This document shows, piece after piece, positions 46,994-57,270 of a stretch of DNA of 64,000 nt (position 1 is the stretch's first letter; every line of letters begins with the position of its first letter). The notes below the pieces were generated by a model. That model made no database searches, had not been told where the DNA came from, and saw only the letters and a list, made by a program, of their open reading frames with translations. The stretch comes from a virus. The stretch lies in the IMG/VR virus record IMGVR_UViG_3300043427_003402. One strand, given 5' to 3'. The translations under genes and the position numbers were made by a program.

Positions 46994-47455
46994 ATGGCAA
47001 TTCGCGTAAAGCAGATCATTTTTGATGAAGACATCAATATCTCTGGCTTTAATTTGACGGGCCTGCGCCGGTTCATTTTTACAGAGCTGCCCGACGGTAC
47101 AAGCCCGCTTCCGAACGAGATTTTATACGCAGACGACACGTTGAAAGTGGATCGGCTGCTGGTTGTATCCCGGCTGCAAGCAGGCGCTGGGAATACGGCG
47201 TTGTTCATCCGCCGCGCAATCGAGGCCGTGCTGGATACCCGAAACGTCACGTGGGCGTATGACTCCGCAAATCGAGTAACGCAGCTGCAGGAGCGCGACG
47301 GAGCCAACCCCGTCAAAACGTTGAGCTTCACGTATGACAGTTTGAACCGTGTCGCGACCGCAACCGAAATCACACTTGCCGGTACGCTTATTAGCACTTA
47401 CACTTACGTAGGCGCTAGTTTTGACATCGCCACAGTAACTAGGACGGTCAGTTAG
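46994..47455 (+). CDS. virion protein with two YD-like repeats
   Basis: WAYDSANRVT and FTYDSLNRVA; GGAGG RBS; TATAAT at 46958. Confidence 0.65.
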   Translation: MAIRVKQIIFDEDINISGFNLTGLRRFIFTELPDGTSPLPNEILYADDTLKVDRLLVVSRLQAGAGNTALFIRRAIEAVLDTRNVTWAYDSANRVTQLQERDGANPVKTLSFTYDSLNRVATATEITLAGTLISTYTYVGASFDIATVTRTVS

Positions 47456-47456
47456 C

Positions 47457-48413
47457 ATGAGCGATCAACTTGTAGCACTTCTAAACCTGCGCCAGCGTAT
47501 TTCGACGCTTGGTTCCGGTGGCGGCGGAGGTGGCGGTGACGTCACAGTCGCCCAATTCAACGCGCTGCGAAATGCCGTGGCGCAGTTGGACCTACTCACG
47601 CCGCGCGTGAAAATCCACCCGATTCAAACCGCGACGGAAGGGCAGACCGTGTTCACGCTCCCGGACCCGTTCTCAGTTAGCACCGGGCAGCTCTTCGTTT
47701 ACTCCGGCGGGGTTCTAGTCGATACCTACACCCTCACTTCACCCACTGAAATTACGTTCACCTCTGGGCGAGAGGACGGGGAGAAGATACGCGTCGTCGA
47801 AGTGCAGCTGGGCTCAGATACCGGTACCACTGTGGTTGACGGTATAACTGCAACGGGCTCTGTAACGTCCGCGGACTTTGAGGCGCTTGTAGCCGCTGTC
47901 GCGCTGTTGGATCGGCTCACTGCCCGCGTCAAGACATTCTCGTTCTCAGCTACTGCTGGGCAGACCGTCTTCACCTTGCCCGAGACATACGAAGTCGGCC
48001 AGAACGCGTTACTGGTTTTTTCAGGCGGCGTGCTAGTGGACACTTACACTGAGACGTCCCCCGCACAAATTACATTCACTTCTGCCAGGGAGCTAGGGGA
48101 AAATATCCAGATTATAAAGGTGCAGCTTGGCGCTGCGGCCGGCGTAACCGTCGTCGACGGGTTTACGCTCGGGCCTGCAATTACAGCCGAGACGCCTACT
48201 GGGCTCATAACCAGCACCGACGGCACAAATGGTAATGGTACGTTTACTGTCGCCTTCCCTGTGGACGCGGCGATTACTCCGCGCGTGCTGGTCAGCGGCC
48301 TAGAGCTTTCGCCTGTAATGTTCTCGCGTACTGGGCAGACGTTCGTCGTTAACGCCCCGTATAAGCCTGTAATCGGCGAAACCGTCAGCATTCTCTACAA
48401 ACGGAGTTCGTAA
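47457..48413 (+). CDS. tail-associated protein with tandem beta-sandwich repeats
   Basis: two near-identical ATxGQTVFTLP...SGGVLVDTYT...ITFTS.RE.GE repeats plus a third related domain. Confidence 0.7.
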   Translation: MSDQLVALLNLRQRISTLGSGGGGGGGDVTVAQFNALRNAVAQLDLLTPRVKIHPIQTATEGQTVFTLPDPFSVSTGQLFVYSGGVLVDTYTLTSPTEITFTSGREDGEKIRVVEVQLGSDTGTTVVDGITATGSVTSADFEALVAAVALLDRLTARVKTFSFSATAGQTVFTLPETYEVGQNALLVFSGGVLVDTYTETSPAQITFTSARELGENIQIIKVQLGAAAGVTVVDGFTLGPAITAETPTGLITSTDGTNGNGTFTVAFPVDAAITPRVLVSGLELSPVMFSRTGQTFVVNAPYKPVIGETVSILYKRSS

Positions 48414-48414
48414 C

Positions 48415-49239
48415 GTGAACAAGAACAACCTGCTGTTTTACTTAGGTCAGTTTTCGAGAATGGGTGACGTCGCCGGCGGTATTTCTGCAGTGCTAGGCGT
48501 GTGCGATCAATTCGACGTCATTGTGGCGCGGCGACAGTTGGCGCCCGAGGAATCGAAAGCCATGCGGTCTGTGATCGCCGGGTGGCGGATTAGCAATCCT
48601 GCCAGCAAGTTCTTCGCATACACCTCTTTGGGTGCCTCGCTCGATCTAGCTGCTTGGGTGGCGGAGGTGGAAGCCAACATGGCAGAGTTTGGTACTGCAC
48701 TGACCGGCATCTTTATTGATAACTTCGGCTTCGACTCAGCGCTTAGCACCCGTACAAACCAGAACGCCGCTGTTGAGTTTTGTCACGACCGCGGACTCGC
48801 TGTGTTCGTACGCGCCAAGAACGTGATTGATGTATTTGACACGATTAGCAGCCCGATTACGCCGGCGATCGGTCGGTTGCCTACGATCAAAGACGCCGTG
48901 CTGTTGACCGACTTTTACCAGATTAACTCAAGTGACCACGCGCCCGCCTCAGAGCCGCAAGCCAGCGTCATCGGTAGGCTGCAGTTTAGCTTGCAAGCTC
49001 GGACCGACCGCAGCGCGTGGCCCAATACGAATTTGAACCTAGAGTTCGGCGCAATTATCGGTGCGGGGCTGCTCAGTGAGATCGACCTTCGGAATGTATG
49101 GGTGCCGGCGGCTAACGCCACTCAGCAGTATAAAGTGGAGTATCTGGGCGTCGTTCCTTCGGATGAAAGCGCGAGCACGAATAAGTTTTTCATCCGCAAC
49201 ATCGCTAACCAGTTTGTCTACGCCCCACCTGCGCCCTAA
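48415..49239 (+). CDS. TIM-barrel glycoside-hydrolase-like protein (virion-associated?)
   Basis: FAYTSLG, GIFIDNFGFD, AVEFCHDRGLAVFV resemble GH114/GH135-type barrels. Confidence 0.5.
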   Translation: MNKNNLLFYLGQFSRMGDVAGGISAVLGVCDQFDVIVARRQLAPEESKAMRSVIAGWRISNPASKFFAYTSLGASLDLAAWVAEVEANMAEFGTALTGIFIDNFGFDSALSTRTNQNAAVEFCHDRGLAVFVRAKNVIDVFDTISSPITPAIGRLPTIKDAVLLTDFYQINSSDHAPASEPQASVIGRLQFSLQARTDRSAWPNTNLNLEFGAIIGAGLLSEIDLRNVWVPAANATQQYKVEYLGVVPSDESASTNKFFIRNIANQFVYAPPAP

Positions 49240-49631
49240 AGCTCGAAGCGCAGGTTGTCCCAAGCCCGTTTCAGCTCGCGACGCGTTAGCTGTTGGCCCT
49301 CAACCGGTCTTACCAGTTTGCGCTGCTGAAACCGGGCCAGTTCAGTTTTAAATACTTCTAACCGTGCCTGCTTACCGCTTTTCTGCTGCTCGCCGTCTTC
49401 AATCTGGGATTGTAGCGCGCGCAAGATAACGCCTTCGGGGATCATATCCGCACGGCGCTTACGGGCTAACGCCGCGGCAGAGCGGCAGTCTTCACAGATT
49501 AAAAGCCACTTCTTTCCGCGTGCGGCAGCGCCTTTACGGCGGTCGAACCAACCCTTACAGCGCGTGCACATACCTAAGTTGCCCGTTCCTGGCTCAGCAA
49601 CTCGGTGGGCCGGCCGTTTGCGTCTAGGCAT
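49236..49631 (-). CDS. basic Zn-finger protein
   Basis: CTRC...CEDC; start MPRRKR overlapping upstream stop. Confidence 0.55.
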   Translation of the reverse strand: MPRRKRPAHRVAEPGTGNLGMCTRCKGWFDRRKGAAARGKKWLLICEDCRSAAALARKRRADMIPEGVILRALQSQIEDGEQQKSGKQARLEVFKTELARFQQRKLVRPVEGQQLTRRELKRAWDNLRFEL

Positions 49632-50373
49632 CGTCTGCCCCTGGTACATTTATGCGCTGAATGATTCGTGCAGCGTTGGCGCGGATCAAGAGCAGAATCT
49701 TTTTAATGACCAAAGGGTCTTGCCGTACGCGGAAGGCAGGGATCGTCAACACCTGTAAATTCAACGTGCACTCGAACAGGTCGTCATACTCCTCAGTTAG
49801 TACCGGGCCGTTCAAATCAGGGTACCCTACGTACTGAAGGTTAAAAGCTTGCTGTATGTCTAGGCGGCTAGCGATGAGCGCGCCGCGTATGCGCTGAGCC
49901 AGCAGGGTCGCGCGTAACGAATCGCGGTCAAGCACCTGAATTTGGTAGATCAAGGTTTCGCGCACGGCCCGTCGGTCGTCTTGCGGGGCGTCTGCACCCG
50001 CCATCTTGACGGCGTCTCGCATCGCATGGGTCTCTGCCTGCGCGCGCCCAAACTTTACGACGATTAAAGGCCGCTTATCCCGAGCGGCCATTTCGTTGCG
50101 CCGAAGGTCTTTTGCAATCAGCACCGCGGAGCGCTCCGGATCCTCGGGGAAATAAATAAAATCGTCATCAGTCATGAACCGGTGCTCGATCACGCTGAGG
50201 ATGCCACTCTGCACGAGAAGCGGCAGAAACTCGTAATTGGTTGAGGCGATTGCGCTCAGGTGCGACATCAAGGTCGCAACGGACGCCTGCGCAAACTCGT
50301 TAGGGTCGTTGTTTATTGCAAGCGGGTCGTTGCCGTTAGGGTCGGGGTAACCTGCGAATGGCTCGATCGACAT
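49624..50373 (-). CDS. possible tail completion/terminator protein
   Basis: RPLIVVKFG and YQIQV...LAQRIR pattern; TAATG-coupled to RNAP beta-prime C gene. Confidence 0.45.
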   Translation of the reverse strand: MSIEPFAGYPDPNGNDPLAINNDPNEFAQASVATLMSHLSAIASTNYEFLPLLVQSGILSVIEHRFMTDDDFIYFPEDPERSAVLIAKDLRRNEMAARDKRPLIVVKFGRAQAETHAMRDAVKMAGADAPQDDRRAVRETLIYQIQVLDRDSLRATLLAQRIRGALIASRLDIQQAFNLQYVGYPDLNGPVLTEEYDDLFECTLNLQVLTIPAFRVRQDPLVIKKILLLIRANAARIIQRINVPGADDA

Positions 50374-52223
50374 TAGTACTTACCATCTTTCCCTTGCCCG
50401 AAATACTGACCGTGCACGTAAGCGGGCACGGGATTAAACGTATCCCGAATCTGCGTGCGCGCCCCCGTCGCGGCGTTTTGGCGGAAGGTCTGGTTGACGA
50501 ATCGGAACGCTAGGTTAGCCATCCAGTCGTCCTTATGGAGGGCGGCGCGCTCGGTTCCGAGCATAATCGGTTTAACTATTAAACTGTTCTGCTTGAACAC
50601 TGGAACGTGCGAGATGTTCTGGTCCTTCAACTGCTTAACTGTTGCGGGGGTCAAAACCGTATACGGCGAAGCAGTACCGGTTTCGTGTGCAAGGATTCGG
50701 CCTTCAGCTTTCCCTAACTCCACCGTGTCATGAGCGGTGGGTAAATGCTGCTGGATGCTATTCCAGTGCACAACTTCCCCAGGCACGTAGTCGTGCGTTC
50801 CCGGGTGAATAACTTGGCCCAAGTTCAAGATACCGCGCGTCACAACTTCGGTAACACGTGAATTGCTACGGATACCCGCATCGGCATATATCTGCCGAAG
50901 CCTTGACGCGAAAAATTCGCGGCCCGCTTCCATGCCTTTGTGCTCAACCACGTCTACAGGGTTTATCTCGCCGTGAGATAAGGGGTCACCCTTCGCAACC
51001 CGCTGCCCAGGCTTGACTGTAACATCCAAGCCCGGTGCGACATAGTGCTTAATGTTTTTCACTGTCACGTTGAGCCCACCTGCCGCAGCTGGCTCGACGT
51101 GCGTAACCTCGCCCGACACGTGCGCGAGCGTCGCTGCACCTGCAAACATCTTCGGCGCGTGCATAAATTGAAGGATGGTCTGGAGCGGAGATTTGCTTGC
51201 GCCCACGACGCCACCAGCGTGCTTTTGGTTCAAGGCGAGCTGGGTCAAAGGCGCGGTCAAGCCTTGCGCGGCCTTCAAGCCGACGTGCTCACCCACTGGC
51301 GGCAGCCGCCCTTCTTCGTTCAGACCGGTGCATACTGCGCACACGCCTTTTGGCGCGGTGCAGAACAACGGACTGCGTATCTTTACGACGGTGCGCTGCT
51401 TCGCCAACCGCTCCCGCATCACGTTGGTGATAATGTCATTCCGGTGCCCGACGCCCGGTACGTCCTCAGCCAACGCCCGACCAATCAAGTCCGGGCTGTT
51501 CGCGGGCAGCTCGCGGCCGTGCGTAGTCTTACAGTCGTGGTCGGTTACCACCATATCCATGTGAATGGTGTTCAACTCTTTAGCGAACGCGCCCGGATCA
51601 CGTACAGCGGTGTAGGTGTTGACCAAGCCGCGTCTAGCGCCTTGCGCGTGCACATAGAAGTCGATAGGGCTCATTCCCTCACTGAAGCTTCGTTGCGCGA
51701 TTACCGGCAGCAGGTGATTGCTAGTATCGAGGTTTAGTCCCACCATCCCCAGCATCTGCCTGCCCATCGACGTGTCACCGCGTGCACCGGACTTGATCCA
51801 GCTAGTCAAATTATTCGGCCGGCTCTCGATCGCTGCTTTGATGCCGTTGTTTACGTGCTCTTCCACTTTTGCAAACAGCTCTAACTTTTTCTGCTGGAAC
51901 GGTAAGCTGCGGTTCAATTCTGGATTAAGCGCAGCCTCGTGGCGCAGACGCAGCAGCTGCGGCATGTGCGACTTAAACGCGGCGTCGCGAAGGTCTGTAT
52001 GAGGTTTCAGGTCGTTGATGCTGAAGCTCGAGCCCGACTCCAACGCGATCTGGTTACCGACGTCACGAAGATTTTGCACAACTGTCCCGTACTGCTTCGG
52101 GTGATGCTCGGCGATTGTTTGCAAAAGCTTACTTGTACCACCCTTATCCAACGGCCCCTGCAACGCAACGTCCGGCGGTAGCGCGCCTTGAATAAGAAGC
52201 TGCCCAATGGTAGTGGTCGACAT
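50373..52223 (-). CDS. RNA polymerase beta-prime C-terminal half
   Basis: SGARG, SFSEG, GARRGLVNT (bridge helix), DCKT, RSPLFC...VCAVCTG (Zn), GEHVGLKAAQ...TQLALNQKHAGG (trigger loop). Confidence 0.92.
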   Translation of the reverse strand: MSTTTIGQLLIQGALPPDVALQGPLDKGGTSKLLQTIAEHHPKQYGTVVQNLRDVGNQIALESGSSFSINDLKPHTDLRDAAFKSHMPQLLRLRHEAALNPELNRSLPFQQKKLELFAKVEEHVNNGIKAAIESRPNNLTSWIKSGARGDTSMGRQMLGMVGLNLDTSNHLLPVIAQRSFSEGMSPIDFYVHAQGARRGLVNTYTAVRDPGAFAKELNTIHMDMVVTDHDCKTTHGRELPANSPDLIGRALAEDVPGVGHRNDIITNVMRERLAKQRTVVKIRSPLFCTAPKGVCAVCTGLNEEGRLPPVGEHVGLKAAQGLTAPLTQLALNQKHAGGVVGASKSPLQTILQFMHAPKMFAGAATLAHVSGEVTHVEPAAAGGLNVTVKNIKHYVAPGLDVTVKPGQRVAKGDPLSHGEINPVDVVEHKGMEAGREFFASRLRQIYADAGIRSNSRVTEVVTRGILNLGQVIHPGTHDYVPGEVVHWNSIQQHLPTAHDTVELGKAEGRILAHETGTASPYTVLTPATVKQLKDQNISHVPVFKQNSLIVKPIMLGTERAALHKDDWMANLAFRFVNQTFRQNAATGARTQIRDTFNPVPAYVHGQYFGQGKDGKY

Positions 52224-52231
52224 GCTCGCTC

Positions 52232-53794
52232 CTATTGTCGCTGCGGGGCGTGAAGGGGGCGCCGTAAAAGGTCCGTCAGTTGGTTATTCAACCGTGTTTT
52301 CTTATTCGCTACCGTGTACGTCCACTCGTCTACCGTGGCCCCTGCGGCCGGATTACGAAACATGCCAAATATCTTCGGCTGCACGCTCACGTAGCGGTTC
52401 ACATGCACTTCGGGCACCGGAGAGCCCGCCCGAATGCCTCGTGCTTCTGCCTGCTGCGTCACCTCGGGGTTGAAGTTAGGGTCGAGGGTTACGTGCAAAG
52501 TAGTTCCTGGAAGGTTGAGGCCCTCCGTGCCCGCAGAGTTAATCACCATGACTCGCTTCTTGCCCTTCATATAATCGTCAATGTGTTGCAGCCGTTCGGC
52601 CTTGCCCTGGTGCGTCTGCCCGACAAACACCCCCGGCTCGTAACCGTGGTGCTTCAGGCCCGCCACCGCGGCGTCTACTCCGCCGGTCACAAGATTCGTG
52701 TAAACAATCGCTTTGTTATTCGGGTCGGCTTTAAGGTGCGAGTCTACGTCCTTCAACGCGCGCTGCAGCTTGGGTGTTGCTAGCGCGCCTGACAAGGCGT
52801 CATGCCGGGCGTCCATCGTATGCACGCTGTTCGCCACTTGGCGCGCGCGAATGATCTTTGCCAGCATACTCCGTGCTTCGCTCGAGCTAACAGGAACGTT
52901 ATTGCGAACCTTGGCCGCAATCGCTGGTGAAACATTTGCCATTGCGTAGTCGTATAATTCTTTTTGGTGGGCGCTCATCTCTACTGGAATATTGTGCACG
53001 ATTTTGCGCGGCATGTTTGTTGCCACCGCCTCTACGGGGACGTAATGAAGATGCTTATCAAGTTCCTCTTTAAGGTAGCGCATGTTTTTAAGCGCTGGCT
53101 CCACGGTCCGGACGCCCATGCCAAACGCAGCAAACGGCCCGTGCGTTTCTACGCGTTGCCCCACGTACATACGATCAAACTGTTTGGGCGTACCAAGCTT
53201 ATGTTTGCCATCTGTCACGATGTCGACAAGCGGGACGATGTCGTGGGGGTGATTCATGACCGGGGAGCCCGAAAGCGCAATAAAATTCTTCACCTTTCGC
53301 CGCGCTTCGCGCATCGCGGAAAAATTAAGCGACTGATCATTACGCCCCTTATGCGCCTCGTCCCAAATAATCGTGTCCGCTTGGGTCTTGGCGACATATG
53401 CGTGCGGATCCTTTCGGAACAACTCGTTGCTTACAACGTAGTAGTGCGCGTTCGGAAGTTCTTGGTCAATCTGAAGGCTGCCTTTTTCATTCTTCGGCCC
53501 GAATTTAAGGGCCTTACTCGTAGTGAATTTGTTTACGCCTTGTTCTATGAAATTTTCCCGCAGGCTCGACGGCACGACGACAAGCGCGCGCTTCGCTTTA
53601 CCCGAATCCCGCAAGTGCTCAAAGATGGCGGCGGAACTCAGCGTCTTACCGGTTCCGACCCCGTGCGCGAGCAAGATTGAGCCGTTGTTAGCGACCGCAC
53701 GGTCTACAGCATCGCGCTGGTGCGGCTGCAGGGTCACGTCTGGCCGCAGCGCGCCCATTTTGGCGAGATAGCACTGGTACGGTGTCATGTACAT
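52232..53794 (-). CDS. SNF2-family (SF2) helicase/ATPase with N-terminal virion-type leader
   Basis: LQPHQ, HGVGTGKT, DEAH, LSGSP, EGLNL, QAEARGIR; leader MYMTPYQCYLAKMGA. Confidence 0.9.
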   Translation of the reverse strand: MYMTPYQCYLAKMGALRPDVTLQPHQRDAVDRAVANNGSILLAHGVGTGKTLSSAAIFEHLRDSGKAKRALVVVPSSLRENFIEQGVNKFTTSKALKFGPKNEKGSLQIDQELPNAHYYVVSNELFRKDPHAYVAKTQADTIIWDEAHKGRNDQSLNFSAMREARRKVKNFIALSGSPVMNHPHDIVPLVDIVTDGKHKLGTPKQFDRMYVGQRVETHGPFAAFGMGVRTVEPALKNMRYLKEELDKHLHYVPVEAVATNMPRKIVHNIPVEMSAHQKELYDYAMANVSPAIAAKVRNNVPVSSSEARSMLAKIIRARQVANSVHTMDARHDALSGALATPKLQRALKDVDSHLKADPNNKAIVYTNLVTGGVDAAVAGLKHHGYEPGVFVGQTHQGKAERLQHIDDYMKGKKRVMVINSAGTEGLNLPGTTLHVTLDPNFNPEVTQQAEARGIRAGSPVPEVHVNRYVSVQPKIFGMFRNPAAGATVDEWTYTVANKKTRLNNQLTDLLRRPLHAPQRQ

Positions 53795-53799
53795 ACGCT

Positions 53800-53809
53800 A
53801 ATTATCACC
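53800..53809 (-). promoter_or_regulatory. candidate promoter GGTGATAATT, possibly giving a leaderless SNF2 mRNA
   Basis: GATAAT lies 6 nt before the ATG, no RBS; identical to 33273-33282. Confidence 0.5.
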
Positions 53810-53810
53810 T

Positions 53811-53849
53811 GAAAATAAAAGCCACTCCCGGAAAGTTTCCGGAAGTGGC
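53811..53849 (-). terminator. intrinsic terminator after ribonucleotide reductase
   Basis: GCCACTTCCGGAAA/TTTCCGGGAGTGGC stem followed by TTTTATTTT. Confidence 0.8.
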
Positions 53850-53868
53850 GACCAGTACTGTTAGAGGG

Positions 53869-56800
53869 TTAGCCGCACTTAGAGAAGCCGCAACTGAGGT
53901 CAGAACACTTGCAGCAGCCTTCCTCAAACTTTAAGGCACTGCCGCAATCTGGGCACTCAGGACTCTCACCAAAAATGGTGACAGCCTCATCAACATAAAC
54001 TTGCTCGGTCGACAAGCTTAAATTGCTGAACGACAACTCCGTTTGCAACGCGTCAAGAGCTTCTGAGCCGGCGCCTTGGAAGAACGCGGGAGCAGCTTTG
54101 AGCGCCTTGCCCAGACCGTCCGGGATGCTCAAGACTTTGTTCGGCCCCAAGCCCGCTTGGTCTGCGCTACGGATACCGATCAGCGTCCGTGCTACGTCAT
54201 CCACCGGCGCCCCGTGCTGCAACGCCATGGACGCCAAGCGCCCAATGGCCTCAGCCAAGCTGTGGATCGTACCACCGGAGCGGCCAATCGTGAGCAGCAC
54301 CTCGCGAAGACCAAGCTCGTCGTAGTTGAAGGTGGTCAACATTTTCCCGTTACCGGTGTGGATCACGCTGGTGAAGCCCGCCAACGTCTCGGGACGCGGG
54401 CGCGGCGTACCACCCCTAGTCGCCGTAGGCACCGTGGCTTCCAACTGCGCAGCTTCGGCTAGCTCCTTGCTGGACTTTGTACCGGTGGTAAGCGGTTGGA
54501 ACGAACGCGAACCGTCGCGGTATACGGTGATGCCTTTGCACCCCAGAGACAACGCCATGTCGTACGCGTCAAGCACGTCTGCTACTGTGGCGGTGGCAGG
54601 CAGGTTAATCGTCTTAGACGTGGCCGAGTCGTTAAACCCTTGCAAAATCGCCTGCATCTTAACGTGCGCGTCAGGGCGTATGTCACCGGCGGTAACAAAC
54701 ACCTCGCACAGCTCAGTTAGCTCTTCTTTGCCGAGCCAGTAGTCTAGCGCGCCCGCAGCTGCAGCCGCGTCTACCGAGCCTTGATGCCGCGCCACGATCT
54801 CAAGAATCTCATCGCGTTCAGCTTCGTTAAACGCCGAGAGCGCCGCTACAAACTCTGGATCGCCGTCGCGCATCTCCAAGCCAGCCTGGAAACGCGAAAA
54901 GACTAAGCCAAACAACGGCTCGCAGCCGCCAGTTGTGTCGTGAAACACCGACAACGTCCCTGTTGGCGCAATCGTCGTGGTCGTCGAGTTGCGAATACCG
55001 GTTTCGGTAACTCGGGTTTGGCACTCGACGTAAGTGTCCATGATATGGTGCCAAATCGGTTCCAGCGCTCTTACGGCGTTATCGGAAGCCGTCTGCGCCT
55101 TTTCAATTCGACGCGCCAGCAGGTCTTGGTGGAACGCAACCGACTCGTCCCAATTATTTACAAAATAGGGATAGGCGCCGCGCTCAGTCGCCAAGTCGAT
55201 AGACGCGCGCTTGGCCTCGGCGTCGATAAACGCGTACAGCGCAGCAGCTGTGTTGCGGCCTTCTCTTGAATCGTACGCAAGCCGCAGTTTGAACAACGCC
55301 CGTGCAAGGCCCATAATACCGAGCCCGAGCTTACGGGTAGTCATAGCGATCTCTTTAATTTGTGGAACTTTCGGAACGTACGCGTTGGCTTCTACCACGT
55401 TGTCCATAAACCGAATACTCAGATGAACGGCCGCGCGCAAACCTGACCAGTCAATAATCGCGTCGGGCCCGGAGCCAATAACGAACTGGTCCAACGTGAT
55501 TGAACCTAAGTTGCACGACTCGTAAGGAATCAAAGGCTGTTCCCCGCAGTTCGCAGACAGTATCCCGTCGTGCTCACCGCAGGCGACAAAGTACCGGTGC
55601 GTGTCGTCTACGGTCCCGTTGTACACGTCCGCAAGCTCGCCTGTTCTTACAACTTTTACAACTTTGTGGTTTACAACAGCCTGGTCTTTTTCAGGACGAA
55701 CCCAGCCTAGTCGTTTCATAACAGTGTATTTTGAGCAGCCCACTTCAGCGGCTATTTGCTTAAAGCTCTTGCCACTTTCCCGAAGAGCGGTCAGCTGAGC
55801 GTCGTCGAGGTCGCGACGATAACGGCCATTGTTTTCACCGTCTGTAGGGATTAAGTAGAGCGGGTTACGCTCGTCCCAGACACCGTACATAGGGTTCTTA
55901 TCGCCCTGCATGTGCTCCGAGTTATGCTCAGTACCTAGCTTAATTTCAAGATTCGTAGGCCGGTTGTCACTTCTATCCTCGTTAATGTGGTGACAGTGTT
56001 CAGCCGGATAGTCAGGGCGCCGGCCCGTGTGGCCGCTGACCATGACGTGATGGTACAGCGGGGCCTCAATGCCGTTCGATATTCTCAGGTAGCCTTTCGT
56101 GTTTGCCTTATACCGGTAAACGCTCATCAAAGAGTCGTTAGGTTTCAAGTCTTGAACTTGAACCTTCATACCGTTCCGCAGGTACAAATTATGGTCTAAT
56201 GTGGCCTTCAAGACTGTACCGTCGTCCAAATGTAGCTCTGCAACCTCAACCGCCTGCCGGGTTAACCGGGGCGCGCGCATCAGCTTGACCACGAAATTAC
56301 CTTGATCGTCTTGGGACAACACTTGTACACCGGTGCCGCGCTCCGCAAGGTCTTTGAAAGAGACGTGCCCGTCAACAGTCCATACCTGCGTGTCCCCAGT
56401 CCAGCACGGATTTGTCGCCTCGTACGCACCCAATCTTGGAACAGGGTTGTCACGGTTCATGCGGTCGATAAAGGCCAGACCAGGCTCGCCTGTTGCGTGT
56501 GCCCGCTCCGCGATGTGGCGCCACACCTCACGCGCGCTCAGAAATTCCCCCGTCGGTCCCGAGCGCGGATTGATTAACTCGTAGCGGTCGTCGTCGGCTT
56601 CGAGCGCCGTCAGGAACGCGTCAGTGACTGCAACCGAGACGTTAAAGTTTGTCAGCTGCGACAAGTCGCTTTTGAGGTCAATGAACTCCAAAATGTCAGG
56701 CGAGTCGACACGCAAGATGCCCATGTTCGCGCCGCGCCGAATACCGCCTTGCTTAATAGCCTCTGTGGCGGCGTTAAAAACTTTCATAAAAGGAACTGGC

Positions 56801-57270
56801 CCGGAACTCGCGCCTTTCGTGCTGCCCACAGTGTCGTTTTTGGGCCGCAGGCGCGTGAAAGCGAAGCCGGTTCCGCCACCTGTTTGATGTATAAGCGCCG
56901 CGTGCTTTATCGTGTCAAAAATGCCGGAGAGGTCGTCTTCCACAGGCAGTACGTAGCACGCGCTGAACTGGCCAGTCCGGATACCCGCGTTGGCAAGCGT
57001 CGGCGAGTTAGGCAGAAACTGCCGCCCGCGCATCAATTCAAAAAAAGCTCTGTGGAGCTCTGCAACTTTATCCGCGCCGCCAAACGCGGCTTCGGCCGCC
57101 GCCATCACTTCGGCAGTGCGCCAGTACATCCCGTCTACGTCTTCTAAAATTGTCTGGTCGTCTAACTTGTTGAAATAACGTTTCTCCATGACACTGACGG
57201 CGTTTGCCGACACCGGCGGCGCGGTTTCGACCCACGCCTGGACATCCGAAGGTAAATCCGACAAAAACAT
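53869..57270 (-). CDS. nrdJ: class II (B12-dependent) ribonucleotide reductase with intein, C-terminal TSCPD and Zn ribbon
   Basis: FLPNSPTL, SACYV, GGGTG, RRGANM, ATNP^CGEQ, TIAPTGT, SKTINLP, KGITVYRDGSR, CPDC...C; start MFLSD. Confidence 0.9.
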   Translation of the reverse strand: MFLSDLPSDVQAWVETAPPVSANAVSVMEKRYFNKLDDQTILEDVDGMYWRTAEVMAAAEAAFGGADKVAELHRAFFELMRGRQFLPNSPTLANAGIRTGQFSACYVLPVEDDLSGIFDTIKHAALIHQTGGGTGFAFTRLRPKNDTVGSTKGASSGPVPFMKVFNAATEAIKQGGIRRGANMGILRVDSPDILEFIDLKSDLSQLTNFNVSVAVTDAFLTALEADDDRYELINPRSGPTGEFLSAREVWRHIAERAHATGEPGLAFIDRMNRDNPVPRLGAYEATNPCWTGDTQVWTVDGHVSFKDLAERGTGVQVLSQDDQGNFVVKLMRAPRLTRQAVEVAELHLDDGTVLKATLDHNLYLRNGMKVQVQDLKPNDSLMSVYRYKANTKGYLRISNGIEAPLYHHVMVSGHTGRRPDYPAEHCHHINEDRSDNRPTNLEIKLGTEHNSEHMQGDKNPMYGVWDERNPLYLIPTDGENNGRYRRDLDDAQLTALRESGKSFKQIAAEVGCSKYTVMKRLGWVRPEKDQAVVNHKVVKVVRTGELADVYNGTVDDTHRYFVACGEHDGILSANCGEQPLIPYESCNLGSITLDQFVIGSGPDAIIDWSGLRAAVHLSIRFMDNVVEANAYVPKVPQIKEIAMTTRKLGLGIMGLARALFKLRLAYDSREGRNTAAALYAFIDAEAKRASIDLATERGAYPYFVNNWDESVAFHQDLLARRIEKAQTASDNAVRALEPIWHHIMDTYVECQTRVTETGIRNSTTTTIAPTGTLSVFHDTTGGCEPLFGLVFSRFQAGLEMRDGDPEFVAALSAFNEAERDEILEIVARHQGSVDAAAAAGALDYWLGKEELTELCEVFVTAGDIRPDAHVKMQAILQGFNDSATSKTINLPATATVADVLDAYDMALSLGCKGITVYRDGSRSFQPLTTGTKSSKELAEAAQLEATVPTATRGGTPRPRPETLAGFTSVIHTGNGKMLTTFNYDELGLREVLLTIGRSGGTIHSLAEAIGRLASMALQHGAPVDDVARTLIGIRSADQAGLGPNKVLSIPDGLGKALKAAPAFFQGAGSEALDALQTELSFSNLSLSTEQVYVDEAVTIFGESPECPDCGSALKFEEGCCKCSDLSCGFSKCG
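55549..56406 (-). mobile_element. intein with HNH endonuclease (286 aa)
   Basis: starts CWTGDT, block B TLDH, HHINEDRSDNRPTNL HNH, VYNGTV block F, ends SAN before Cys+1. Confidence 0.9.
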
